Positions 45,875-55,529 of a stretch of DNA of 64,000 nt are shown here, piece after piece. This DNA comes from a virus (lineage: Duplodnaviria > Caudoviricetes), in the IMG/VR virus record IMGVR_UViG_3300021399_000130, positions 1 to 64,000 of that record; one strand, given 5' to 3'. Both the position numbers and the translations under genes were made by a program. The notes beneath the pieces are model-generated. The model searched no databases, was not told the origin of the DNA, and saw only the letters and a list, made by a program, of their open reading frames with translations. Numbering within the stretch: position 1 is the stretch's first letter; each line of letters starts with the position of its first letter.

Positions 45875-46648
45875 ATGGCACAGATAACAACAATTGTACC
45901 CGTTCATAATTTTGACGATGATGTTAAAACTCTCCTTGAAACAGCGGTGAAGAGTTTCGACGAGACCAGCAAGAACGTAGAATCTAAGCTTATGTTCGTT
46001 GGTCCGAAGGAAGTCCTTGACCAGGTAAAGGCTCTCAATCTTCACGAGGCTGAATATGTTGAGAATGAGAATGCTTGGTTCTCTGCACAGATTAACGCTG
46101 CGGTAAAGAATGTGACGACCGATTATTTTGCAATCCTAGAATACGATGATGAATTCTCACCAATCTGGTTCGACAATGTGATAAAATATATTAACACCGG
46201 TGATGATATTTCGATTTATCTTCCACTTACTGAGGTATTTGATTACCAGCATAAGGAAGAAGGCCCCATCGGTTATGTGAATGAGGCTGTGTGGGCAAGT
46301 TCATTCTCTGAGAAACTTGGCTACTTCGACAATGAATGTCTCCAGGACTATCTTATCTTCAACACAACCGGGGGCGTATTTAAAACAAAGGATTTCATTG
46401 AGGTTGGCGGCTTGAAGGAGAGTATGAAACTTTCTTTCTGGTATGAGTTCCTTCTCCGTGCAATCAATAAGAAGAAGAACGTTTTCGTTATCCCTAAGGT
46501 TGGTTACTTCCACCTTGTTAATAGGAATGGCTCTCTCGCTACAGACTACGCACAGAACATGAGCGACCGTGAAAGTGAATTCTGGGTGGAACTCGCAAGG
46601 AAGGAATACCTTTATAAGACAGATAGAAAGAAGACCTACGAAGAATAA
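45875..46648 (+). CDS. GT2-like glycosyltransferase
   Basis: ITTIVPVHN, QINAAV..VTTDYFAILEYDD. Confidence 0.8.
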   Translation: MAQITTIVPVHNFDDDVKTLLETAVKSFDETSKNVESKLMFVGPKEVLDQVKALNLHEAEYVENENAWFSAQINAAVKNVTTDYFAILEYDDEFSPIWFDNVIKYINTGDDISIYLPLTEVFDYQHKEEGPIGYVNEAVWASSFSEKLGYFDNECLQDYLIFNTTGGVFKTKDFIEVGGLKESMKLSFWYEFLLRAINKKKNVFVIPKVGYFHLVNRNGSLATDYAQNMSDRESEFWVELARKEYLYKTDRKKTYEE

Positions 46649-46654
46649 TGGCAC

Positions 46655-46686
46655 AGATAGGGGGTCAGGAAAAGGCCCCCTCATCT
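46655..46686 (+). promoter_or_regulatory. GC-rich hairpin upstream of sigma-like gene (terminator or leader structure)
   Basis: AGAT-AGGGGGTC-AGGAAAA-GGCCCCCT-C-ATCT. Confidence 0.55.
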
Positions 46687-46778
46687 TTATATATGTGAGG
46701 AAAGTGCATTGTTATTTTGCAGGTTAAACAAGGAAAGAAGATGTAAATGTGTCGCAAAAATTGACGATTTTTACGACG

Positions 46779-47696
46779 ATGGCAAAAAGAGGAAGAAAGC
46801 CAAAGGAAAGAAAAGGCTATTTTTATGAAAAAGAGGAGCAGGCGATAGTTGATTATACCTCATCGACTGACCCGGAAGAAAAAAACAAGATATTCAACAC
46901 AGTTTTAATGCCGGCCCTGACAAAGATGATAGAGTCAATCATAAGGAGATATAAATTATTTGTCCCGGAAGAAGAATTCCAACAAACTTTTAATGACACT
47001 ATCTCTTATTTGCTGACAAAGATAAACAACTTCAAGCCAGAAATGTGGGTTTATGAAGAAATGACTGAAAACCCGCCAGAGCCACCGGTAGATTTAACGA
47101 GGACCGGTTTTATCGAATTAAAAAAAACGATAAATGAAAATTCCCCGAAATACGTGCGTGTGTTTAAAGATTCCGTGGAAGATGCTTATTTAAATAACTA
47201 TACGCCGCTATATACTTTCTACAAGCTCGTGTTCAGGCGATATAAGGCATATTCATACTGCGGTACTGTTTGTAAAAACTATTTGATTTACAAGAACATA
47301 CAATATACGAAGAACAAGCAGAGGAATCTTCCATATGATGAAATGCTTGAAGATTTTTCAAGGGACCCGAAATATATTTCACAAGAAGAGACCGAACACT
47401 CAATGGTTGAACGTCTAATCAAAGGAATGTCGAGTGAAATCAAAACAATGATAACCGAAAAAGAAAAGAATTCACTTACTGAAAATGAAGTGAAAGTTGG
47501 CGTCGCTCTTACTGAACTTCTTGACCGTTGGGAAGACTTACTTAATGTCGATGGAAGTAATAAATTACAAAAAAGTTCAGTTCTTTATTTCTTAAGGGAA
47601 GAAACAATGATGTCGACAAAGGAAGTCCGAGATAATATGCGAGCCTTCAAAAAAGCATATTACATTTTGAAAAAAGGAATGTTAGAAGATGAATAG
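46779..47696 (+). CDS. Phage sigma-factor-like protein (probable late sigma, gp55-like)
   Basis: YF.EKEEQAI, KMIESIIRRY, DTISYL..KI..FKP, KAYSY.GTVCKNYLI. Confidence 0.6.
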   Translation: MAKRGRKPKERKGYFYEKEEQAIVDYTSSTDPEEKNKIFNTVLMPALTKMIESIIRRYKLFVPEEEFQQTFNDTISYLLTKINNFKPEMWVYEEMTENPPEPPVDLTRTGFIELKKTINENSPKYVRVFKDSVEDAYLNNYTPLYTFYKLVFRRYKAYSYCGTVCKNYLIYKNIQYTKNKQRNLPYDEMLEDFSRDPKYISQEETEHSMVERLIKGMSSEIKTMITEKEKNSLTENEVKVGVALTELLDRWEDLLNVDGSNKLQKSSVLYFLREETMMSTKEVRDNMRAFKKAYYILKKGMLEDE

Positions 47697-47739
47697 GTAA
47701 AAATAATGACACAACTATTTATGACAAGCGTTTAATATT

Positions 47740-48132
47740 ATGGAGAAAAAAGTAAAAATAAGGCTTAATTCCACTGAAAAGGTTGAAGAACTTTTACAGG
47801 AAATATATGACCAAGCATGCAGACAATTGATAGGTGTTCAAAACGAAATCAACAAGCTTGTCACAAGTACAAATCTGGCTGAAGCTTCAATTGATTCAAA
47901 GGCAAAATATGCAAAGGCTATGCATGATTACCATGGAGATTTGAACAGAGCTTTATCTACAAAGGTTGAGCTTGTTAAATTCATGGGTGAAATAATTAAA
48001 CATAACGGAGATATTGAAGACACATTGAACGACCAGCAATTTGCAAAGGCAACGAAACTTGACCTCAATCAGTTACGTGCCGAAATAATCGGAGGCGATG
48101 ATGACACCGACTCCTATGACCTTAAAAACTAA
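47740..48132 (+). CDS. Helical late protein (possibly terminase small subunit)
   Basis: Late motif 47715-47722; all-helical, 130 aa. Confidence 0.35.
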   Translation: MEKKVKIRLNSTEKVEELLQEIYDQACRQLIGVQNEINKLVTSTNLAEASIDSKAKYAKAMHDYHGDLNRALSTKVELVKFMGEIIKHNGDIEDTLNDQQFAKATKLDLNQLRAEIIGGDDDTDSYDLKN

Positions 48133-48134
48133 AA

Positions 48135-50234
48135 ATGTCCGGAAATAAAGCATCATCAAACCAACTATTAGGTAAAATTTCTGCGTACAGCACGATTGTA
48201 CAGCAAAATCTCGGAAAATACCTAAATAAGTTTTCGCCATATGCCAAGGAATACGAATCGACGCTTGATTTAATCATTGATATCCTTCGTACTCTTGGAT
48301 ATAGCGAGGAACGGCTTGTTGCTGAATTGCTTGAAGTTGTCACTGGAGATGCTAATATAGCAGCTGTAATAGAAGGTGGATATCATGGTGCAATAAATTC
48401 TATCGAAGCAAGCTTGTCCTTGATTGAATCACAACAAAACAACGACAGCTTCATCTATAAGCTTGAAGATGCTGTAAAAGTTACGATAAATACTATTCTG
48501 ACAAGCTTTTTAAGTTGTTCCATTTCACCGTTTATTCCGCAAGCCAGCCTGGATACTTATTACAAAGAACATGGCGTATCAGGTTCAAAACCAATCAATA
48601 TTCCTACACATATATTGGACTTCAGTAATACACTACATGTGTCCCCAGTAAGCGAAAGTGGAAAATACTTTTATGATACTTCATCTTTTATAAACTACTA
48701 TAAAAGAGATAGCGGCACTACCGTGCAAGAAGATACAACGGTAGCCAACATAAGAGAGAAAACCGCTGAAAAATATACCATATACCAATATCAAAAACTC
48801 TCGGACAACGAATTTGAATCGCTTAGCGACGAACAAAAAAAACTATTTAAAAAATTCGTAAGTGTGTCATCCATCAAAGTAAAGCAAGATGAAACACCAC
48901 CGGCAGAATATGTCTATACCGTTCGTTCTAAATATACAGCTGAAAGCCTTTATAAAACTAACGACATGAATGCCTTTATTTGGTATGTTGCAAATCGTGG
49001 AGACAACACAGAAAGTGGTGAAGACATGTATGAATACAATAAGATGGTCTGGGACTCAAGAAGATTAAATCTGAGGGACAGTGATACCGCAAGGAATTCA
49101 GCAGAAGACTGGGACAACTGGCTTAAATCAAGAAAAGAATATACTGAAGACCTTTATCTCGAAAAGGATAGTAAAAAAATTGAAACACTCTACCCAATCC
49201 TTCAAATGGAACCTAGTGAAAGTTGGGGAGACATCGAGCACCTTGTGGTTACATTTCCGGCACAGCGATATGTAACAAAGAAAAAGCTTTTAGGGAGACA
49301 ATATGACTTAACCAAAACAATATACAAATTCAATGCTGATTATCTTCAGAACATTAAAATTTTTAATTGGAAGTCAATCATAATGAATTTGCTCTATGAG
49401 CTTAATGGAATATCACCTATCCCGGATGTTAAATTTAATCTTTCGTTGAGTGATGAAATAATTGATGCAAGACTTTCTACATTGATTTTGGATACGATTA
49501 CTGCTGACGATAAGGAAGTTGATGACAGTTACTACTTCTTTTCAAATGAGGATTATTCTGAAGCACTTAAGAAGATGGAGTTACAAAAGTACGGAGCAAA
49601 ACCATACCAAACAGTATCCTCAGCAGCAATACAAAATCCGTCAGGCACTCCACTTGAAACAATGGATTCCGTAGCAACAGCCGCCACACTTAATGAAATA
49701 AAATCAACCATAACGAGAGGCGTCTATTCTGTTGCCGGAACATCAGGAAGTACCGGGGTAACAAAAACCACACTATCAGCAGACTTGGCTATTGAATCAA
49801 ATTTCCTTAATCAATTATTGTTTGCAATAGTTAGGCCATTCGTAAGGGCACTTCTTTCCCCTCAGATAATGCTCCTATTCTGTATAAATCTCGATGTAAT
49901 GGGGCTGATAGACATGAATAATCTCGGAAAACGTGATATGGATGCGGTTTCAGATTTCATATTCAGAAAATTAGCCGGCATCATTAAAAAACTCATAATA
50001 CAGATAAAAGATGCAATAGTTCTTTATCTGATTGAAATTGTAAAGAAGGCAATCACTAAATTAGTTGATGAGATTGTTATTTTAATGCTTCTTGAACAAC
50101 TGAACGACTATATCAGATTACTGAACCAAATTATGGAATGTATAAGGTTGTTCGGAATCGGTAAGACGCTCAACGGCATAGACGACGTTAATTATGCTGA
50201 TATAATACCCGAAGCAAAGGGACCAAAACCTTAA
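48135..50234 (+). CDS. Putative baseplate/tail structural protein
   Basis: 699 aa, in late operon upstream of spike. Confidence 0.5.
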   Translation: MSGNKASSNQLLGKISAYSTIVQQNLGKYLNKFSPYAKEYESTLDLIIDILRTLGYSEERLVAELLEVVTGDANIAAVIEGGYHGAINSIEASLSLIESQQNNDSFIYKLEDAVKVTINTILTSFLSCSISPFIPQASLDTYYKEHGVSGSKPINIPTHILDFSNTLHVSPVSESGKYFYDTSSFINYYKRDSGTTVQEDTTVANIREKTAEKYTIYQYQKLSDNEFESLSDEQKKLFKKFVSVSSIKVKQDETPPAEYVYTVRSKYTAESLYKTNDMNAFIWYVANRGDNTESGEDMYEYNKMVWDSRRLNLRDSDTARNSAEDWDNWLKSRKEYTEDLYLEKDSKKIETLYPILQMEPSESWGDIEHLVVTFPAQRYVTKKKLLGRQYDLTKTIYKFNADYLQNIKIFNWKSIIMNLLYELNGISPIPDVKFNLSLSDEIIDARLSTLILDTITADDKEVDDSYYFFSNEDYSEALKKMELQKYGAKPYQTVSSAAIQNPSGTPLETMDSVATAATLNEIKSTITRGVYSVAGTSGSTGVTKTTLSADLAIESNFLNQLLFAIVRPFVRALLSPQIMLLFCINLDVMGLIDMNNLGKRDMDAVSDFIFRKLAGIIKKLIIQIKDAIVLYLIEIVKKAITKLVDEIVILMLLEQLNDYIRLLNQIMECIRLFGIGKTLNGIDDVNYADIIPEAKGPKP

Positions 50235-50237
50235 ACC

Positions 50238-50651
50238 ATGGCACTTGAAAACAAGAAACAAACAATAAGAACCGTTATTGACACTACCAATTCGGCACTT
50301 GACGTAATTAGAAAACCAGTCCTCAAGCTGGCGGCGATTTTGATTTATGCGACAGCAACAAGACGCCCAGGTCTGTCTAAAATAACAATTACATCCAATA
50401 TTATTTCAGACAATGCACCGCTAGGTATAAATACTGGGCAGATGCCGGACGGAACTGAAAATGTTGTCAATCAATTTGTTGCAAACGTTGTCGAAAAAGT
50501 TGTCGATTCTTTAAAGGATGATGCACTTGTCGAGTGTGTTATCCCTATTGGTTCTGTAATAGTGAATGCTACTGGAGCAAACGCTGGTGGTCCGATTGAA
50601 GCTGTTGGAACAAATATTAATAACGCAAAAGGATACGGAATAATCAGGTAA
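50238..50651 (+). CDS. Small structural protein, paralog of next gene
   Basis: RRPGLS and NAGGP shared with 50651-51022. Confidence 0.65.
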   Translation: MALENKKQTIRTVIDTTNSALDVIRKPVLKLAAILIYATATRRPGLSKITITSNIISDNAPLGINTGQMPDGTENVVNQFVANVVEKVVDSLKDDALVECVIPIGSVIVNATGANAGGPIEAVGTNINNAKGYGIIR

Positions 50652-51022
50652 TGAACATAGCATCTTTAATAAGTATAGTTTCCGGGACTTTAGATAAAGT
50701 AAGGATTACATTAACCCAGATACCAGCCATTTTACTTTTATGTACTAGTTCAAGGAGACCAGGACTTTCAAGTGTGATAATGTCAGCTAAAATATATGCC
50801 GACATGACTTACGCACAAAACGAATATAACGATGTTGTCGAAGCTTTTGTTTTTAATCTAGTGAATAGGATTAAATTGGCAATACAGGATGATGGAGTTT
50901 GTTTTGTAGCCATCCCGCCAGGAGAATTAAAATTTCAACTGACCGGAGGTAATGCGGGAGGCCCATTTGTACTTGACGGAAAAAACATGAATTATGTATT
51001 TACCTGGACTTTAATGAGATAA
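50651..51022 (+). CDS. Small structural protein, paralog of previous gene
   Basis: RRPGLS, QDD, GNAGGP. Confidence 0.65.
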   Translation: MNIASLISIVSGTLDKVRITLTQIPAILLLCTSSRRPGLSSVIMSAKIYADMTYAQNEYNDVVEAFVFNLVNRIKLAIQDDGVCFVAIPPGELKFQLTGGNAGGPFVLDGKNMNYVFTWTLMR

Positions 51023-51024
51023 AT

Positions 51025-51219
51025 TTGATTTTTACTATGATACCCAAAGATTGTAAAAATATGAGTAATAATGAGCTTAAATTATATAAGCTCGCACTTG
51101 AAAATGAGTACGAGGCAATAAAATCGAAAATTGCCTCTCTAGAAGAACAACTCGATGAATTGGACCGTGAATATATCAAAGCGGAAAATGAGGAAAAAAT
51201 AAGAAGGACAAGTTTTTAA
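51025..51219 (+). CDS. Small coiled-coil protein
   Basis: Heptad pattern; start uncertain. Confidence 0.55.
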   Translation: MIFTMIPKDCKNMSNNELKLYKLALENEYEAIKSKIASLEEQLDELDREYIKAENEEKIRRTSF

Positions 51220-51222
51220 ATA

Positions 51223-52113
51223 ATGGCAGACGGTGCGGTATTACGTTTCGGAAAAGTCACGAACATAGACGATGTACATGATGGGGGAAGAATACAGGTT
51301 CGTACAAATTATGATGCCCCGGTTGAGAAAGATGAGGATTTATTATATTGTACTCCACTACTTCCAAAGATGCTCCTTATATGCCCAAAAGTCGGGGAAC
51401 TCGTAGTAGTCGTATCCATGAGTCCAGGAGACCACGGATATAATAATTTTTATATTGGTCCGGTTATCTCTCAGGAAGATAAGCTCTTTTATGAAGATGC
51501 CGACGCGGCTTTACGAATCACAGAACAAGGTTATATTGGATGGGGACCGAACCCTCGTTACAAAAAAGGTGTTAAACCGACACTTTATCCAGCACTTGAT
51601 GACGTCTCGATTGAAGGCAGAAAAGATACCGGAATACAACTTAAGAATGAGGAGGTGCGTATAAAAGCCGGCGTTAAAGTTGTAGATATCAACGGTCCAA
51701 AAAATAATACGACGTCACCGGCATTCATTTCACTTAAATATTATCCTAAAAACGACTATGAGCAAGATGGCTTTAAAAGTACTGCTACTATTGTTGCCGA
51801 TAAAATTAATCTCATCGGCACAAACACGAACGACGCCAATACGAAGGATATATCGGTAACCGAAAGCAAGGATAATTCTGAGGACCAAAAAGATAATTTC
51901 ATTTCCGATGCAGCAATGAAGGAACTCATCAACAAAGCACATAGAGTTCCATTCGGTGACACTCTCATAGAATTCCTGGATATACTAAGGACGGCATTCG
52001 CCAAGCATGTTCATCCGTTTCCGACAATGGCGCCATGTAATGATGAAAATATGAAAGCCGTTGCAACCTATGACCTAGAAGGAACACTAAGTGACAATGT
52101 AAGAATAAACTAA
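51223..52113 (+). CDS. Baseplate central spike (gp5/gpV/VgrG-like OB fold with HxH apex)
   Basis: GKV..IDD...GRIQVR, PKVGE.V.V, YIG; C-terminal KHVHPF. Confidence 0.75.
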   Translation: MADGAVLRFGKVTNIDDVHDGGRIQVRTNYDAPVEKDEDLLYCTPLLPKMLLICPKVGELVVVVSMSPGDHGYNNFYIGPVISQEDKLFYEDADAALRITEQGYIGWGPNPRYKKGVKPTLYPALDDVSIEGRKDTGIQLKNEEVRIKAGVKVVDINGPKNNTTSPAFISLKYYPKNDYEQDGFKSTATIVADKINLIGTNTNDANTKDISVTESKDNSEDQKDNFISDAAMKELINKAHRVPFGDTLIEFLDILRTAFAKHVHPFPTMAPCNDENMKAVATYDLEGTLSDNVRIN

Positions 52114-52115
52114 CA

Positions 52116-52147
52116 ATAAATCCTCCCTTTAAAGGAGGATTTTTTTA
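52116..52147. terminator. Bidirectional terminator
   Basis: AAATCCTCC/GGAGGATTT stem. Confidence 0.8.
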
Positions 52148-53683
52148 TTGGTACCTGTTTGTTACGTTGCTAACTACACGGAATCTGAGAACTTTTTTAT
52201 AATATCTTGTCTCTCGCCCCCTCATAGTCCTTATATCAACATAATAGTCGTTTGGAATAAGGTCTTCTGTGTTGATAATGAAGAAGTTATTTAGAAATGC
52301 CCTTTCAACTGGCTGATATTCAAACACATCAAGTTCCCTGTTAGCATCCTTAACATAAAGTCTCCATTCCGCATTATCCAGGAGTTCCTTCCTATTCGTG
52401 GTGTATTCCTTCCTGAAATCAACGACAACTTCACGGATTTCACCCCTTTCAAGGTTTTCAGCGTCGTTTATGCCACTCACCTGGGGAACAGTCCTATCGG
52501 GACCGGCGGATTTACTTCCAATCGACAAGAAGTTTTCCCTGGGACTTACAACGAATTCCTGTTCAACATCAGCGATAGGCTGTCCGTCAAGTGAAAGATT
52601 TGACCACACATCATAATGGATTGTTTCAACTTCGAATTCATTGGGGTCGGGGGTCACTTCAACATAATAAAATCCCTTGCCGCCCTTTTTAACATCGTAT
52701 TCAGTCCCGTCAATGGTACATTTAACCCCCTCGTCAAGCGAAACCGGAGTACCTTCAATACCAGAATATAGATAAAGTCTGTTTTTCCTTCCGAGACAGA
52801 AATTCGCCCTGTCGTCAGCTATCGGGTCACAGTATTTACATTCTACAAACGGGTGGAAAAACGTATTTGTAAGGTCAGTGAAAAAAGACACATATTGCTG
52901 TGTATTCATCTTTACTCTTTCGAGATGAGGTGCATATGCCAACATCAGTCCATAATTATTGCCACTTTCAAGACAATCAAGCACGTATTTTGTAACATCT
53001 ATTTCGAGATTTTCAGCCCCGAAATCAAAGTGTTGCGTACCGATGACGATGCTTTCTTCACCATCAAGGTACTTTTGATACTCTTCAGTCAATTCTTCGT
53101 GGCTATAAACACCACCTTCAATGTCAATCCTTACACGCACTTCTGTATCGCCGGACATTACATACTGATAAAAGTAAGACGGGTGATTGTTGTCGATTTC
53201 TATTCTTCCGTTTTCATCCGGAATCATTTTGTCATTATCAACTTTCCAGCACCTGGCCCTCTGTGCGTAATACCAGTTCGATGCCATATCCTTGTATGCA
53301 CGGCTATGATTACCATTAACCCAGAAATCTGAAGCGTAATCAAAGCCCTTTCCCGCATCAAAATCCTGCGGAAGTTTATATAAAACAAGGTCAAAAGATT
53401 CAGCCCTTTCAACCGGCTCAGATGCTCTATGGTGGATTTCCTTGTCATACGGAAGCCCATCGACAGAGGCACAATTGGTCATTTTGAGGGTGCAGGAAAG
53501 TTTTGACGTATCGCTGAACGTACCATCAGCAATAAGTCCCCCTATTTCATTAACATCGAAATGTATGAGACCCCTGGATAGTTCTTTCCCATAATTTATC
53601 TCAAGAATTGGATTAAGTCCGGTATTCCATAATGAACCCCTGGTAATCGTATTTGTTTTATCTAAAAATATATGTCTGACCAT
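52145..53683 (-). CDS. Putative baseplate/structural protein
   Basis: Late motif 53703-53711; NTGLNPILE, SRGLIHFD, beta-rich C-terminus. Confidence 0.55.
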   Translation of the reverse strand: MVRHIFLDKTNTITRGSLWNTGLNPILEINYGKELSRGLIHFDVNEIGGLIADGTFSDTSKLSCTLKMTNCASVDGLPYDKEIHHRASEPVERAESFDLVLYKLPQDFDAGKGFDYASDFWVNGNHSRAYKDMASNWYYAQRARCWKVDNDKMIPDENGRIEIDNNHPSYFYQYVMSGDTEVRVRIDIEGGVYSHEELTEEYQKYLDGEESIVIGTQHFDFGAENLEIDVTKYVLDCLESGNNYGLMLAYAPHLERVKMNTQQYVSFFTDLTNTFFHPFVECKYCDPIADDRANFCLGRKNRLYLYSGIEGTPVSLDEGVKCTIDGTEYDVKKGGKGFYYVEVTPDPNEFEVETIHYDVWSNLSLDGQPIADVEQEFVVSPRENFLSIGSKSAGPDRTVPQVSGINDAENLERGEIREVVVDFRKEYTTNRKELLDNAEWRLYVKDANRELDVFEYQPVERAFLNNFFIINTEDLIPNDYYVDIRTMRGRETRYYKKVLRFRVVSNVTNRYQ

Positions 53684-53779
53684 CTTATAAACGTTCTACT
53701 ACCATAAATAGTTTGACGCCAGTAAATATATTTTTTTCTTTTTCCTTTCGTTTTACATAGATTTAGCTATTTATATAGT

Positions 53780-53871
53780 GAGAGCGGCGATTGCCCAAAT
53801 CACGTAATGCGTGGTCATAAGGTTAGCCGCAGGGGGACCTAGGCGCATATGGCCCCCTTTCTCTGCGTCTA
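53780..53871 (+). ncRNA. Candidate structured small RNA (two stem-loops, possible pseudoknot)
   Basis: GC-rich non-coding island just after CTATTTAT (53767-53774), with multiple complementary blocks. Confidence 0.5.
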
Positions 53872-53914
53872 TTGACTTCCGGACAAAATACCTTATATTT
53901 AGTTGTAGATTTTA

Positions 53915-54367
53915 TTGTTTATGACTAAAAATATCTGTAGTGAAGTATCATTGGAAAATCCATATTTCAAATTAAAAATCGGTACGATAAATAAAAAAAA
54001 TCCCACGACGTTCTATGTCGAGGGTGGGACATTCATCACTCCAGTAGAAGCAGAGGATGACGATATTTCATATAAAGAGAAAATGGCCAACGTTTATAAG
54101 GCAATGAGCCAGGGTATAATAAGGATTACAAACGAGGCTAAGAATATACAAAAAACATTCATAGCCAATATTGACGTGGCGGACGAGCGTATGAAAACCG
54201 GTAAGAAAACATATTTCACTTTCCAATATTATCTCCACCAAAACGGGGAGCCGGCACCATTTTCAAAAATAACGGAAGACGGCGAGAAATACACAAAGAT
54301 TGTTCTTGACAAGATTGAATATAGTCTCAAAGAAAACGGATTTGCAATAAGTAAAACAAAAAAATAG
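53915..54367 (+). CDS. Hypothetical protein
   Basis: Promoter TTGACT-N16-TATATT at 53872-53899. Confidence 0.65.
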   Translation: MFMTKNICSEVSLENPYFKLKIGTINKKNPTTFYVEGGTFITPVEAEDDDISYKEKMANVYKAMSQGIIRITNEAKNIQKTFIANIDVADERMKTGKKTYFTFQYYLHQNGEPAPFSKITEDGEKYTKIVLDKIEYSLKENGFAISKTKK

Positions 54368-54407
54368 AAATTCTGTAGATATTTATTGCAATAATAAACA
54401 AAACATT

Positions 54408-54989
54408 ATGGACCTGATAAACTTAACTGCTTCCGAACTTTGTGAGGTTATAGAAAGTTCGGTGAAAAATATTTTGTCTGAGGTTGCATATAAAAAAAGA
54501 AAATATCAGACAACGCTCGTTATGTATAGTTGGTACGGCGGATACATACACGAAAATATGAGGAATAATGACGGTATGGATAACCTTATAAGGCAATATA
54601 ACAACATAAAAAAGAGATACGAAAAAAACGGGTGCAAGATATTCAAGATATCGTTTCACGGACATAAATTTCTTACAATTGTAGATACCGACAAAAGGAT
54701 AATATCTTTTGTGACGATACTTCAAAACGAAGAAAGCAAAGATTTGGTAATAAGACGAGAAGATATTCCAGAACTGTCGGAACTTTTGATTTACTATAAA
54801 ATCAACCCACACCTTTTTGGTCTGAGAAAACCGAAACAAGAACATACTCCAGTCAAGGTTGGAAATCCGTTAACTCCTGAAGAAACTAAAGAGTTTAGGC
54901 ACGGGCAAATGTTTACAAACTGGGACATGATGGACCGCACGCCTAAAAAATGGAGAAAAGTCAGGGACAACTGGGAATATACCGGATAA
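54408..54989 (+). CDS. Hypothetical late protein with LTASEL leader
   Basis: GATATTTAT at 54378-54386. Confidence 0.65.
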   Translation: MDLINLTASELCEVIESSVKNILSEVAYKKRKYQTTLVMYSWYGGYIHENMRNNDGMDNLIRQYNNIKKRYEKNGCKIFKISFHGHKFLTIVDTDKRIISFVTILQNEESKDLVIRREDIPELSELLIYYKINPHLFGLRKPKQEHTPVKVGNPLTPEETKEFRHGQMFTNWDMMDRTPKKWRKVRDNWEYTG

Positions 54990-55103
54990 TATAGACTTTT
55001 TCACGGAAATGTTATTCGGTCTTTTTTTATAAGTCGTCTATTTATCTATGAATAATAAGTAACGTATTATTACAATAATTTTTTATAGAAAAACGAAGAA
55101 GTT

Positions 55104-55493
55104 ATGCAGGAATTTTTTATCAGAGTTGGTTCAAATTACCCGGCTTTAAGAATGGAGCTCATTGAAGATGGGCGTTATGATTTTCATAAGACCAAGATAA
55201 ATAATGCCCTGCAAGACTCAGATGTTGTCTTTTCAATGAAGGATATTGAGACCGGGATTTTAAAGGTCTCAAAGGCGAAAGCGGTCATTAAAAATGCCGA
55301 CACAGAAGGATGTGAAGACAAGTATGTTGTGGAATATGACTGGCAACCAAGAGACACGGCCAAACCTGGTATTTACGAGGGGTGGTTTGACATTGTTTTC
55401 AAAGGTGATGTGGTTGAAGACGGAGTTGATTATCCATCGGCCGGAAAATTGAGGGTCCCGGTTACAGAAGACCTGCTCATTTACGTAAGATAA
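55104..55493 (+). CDS. BppU-like beta-sandwich structural protein
   Basis: Late motif 55038-55045; VVFSMKD..TG, Y.W...DT..PG.YEGWF. Confidence 0.55.
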   Translation: MQEFFIRVGSNYPALRMELIEDGRYDFHKTKINNALQDSDVVFSMKDIETGILKVSKAKAVIKNADTEGCEDKYVVEYDWQPRDTAKPGIYEGWFDIVFKGDVVEDGVDYPSAGKLRVPVTEDLLIYVR

Positions 55494-55496
55494 CAT

Positions 55497-55529
55497 AAAA
55501 CCCAGACCTTATGGCCTGGGTTAATTTTT
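55497..55529. terminator. Bidirectional terminator
   Basis: AACCCAG/CTGGGTT stem. Confidence 0.7.

Noticed and set aside
53780-53871. tRNA, SRP RNA, purine riboswitch or HDV/theta ribozyme
   Set aside because: No T-loop/CCA cloverleaf, no SRP GGAA/CAGG core, no riboswitch J2/3 core, and no HDV L3/J4-2 catalytic motif on either strand by eye
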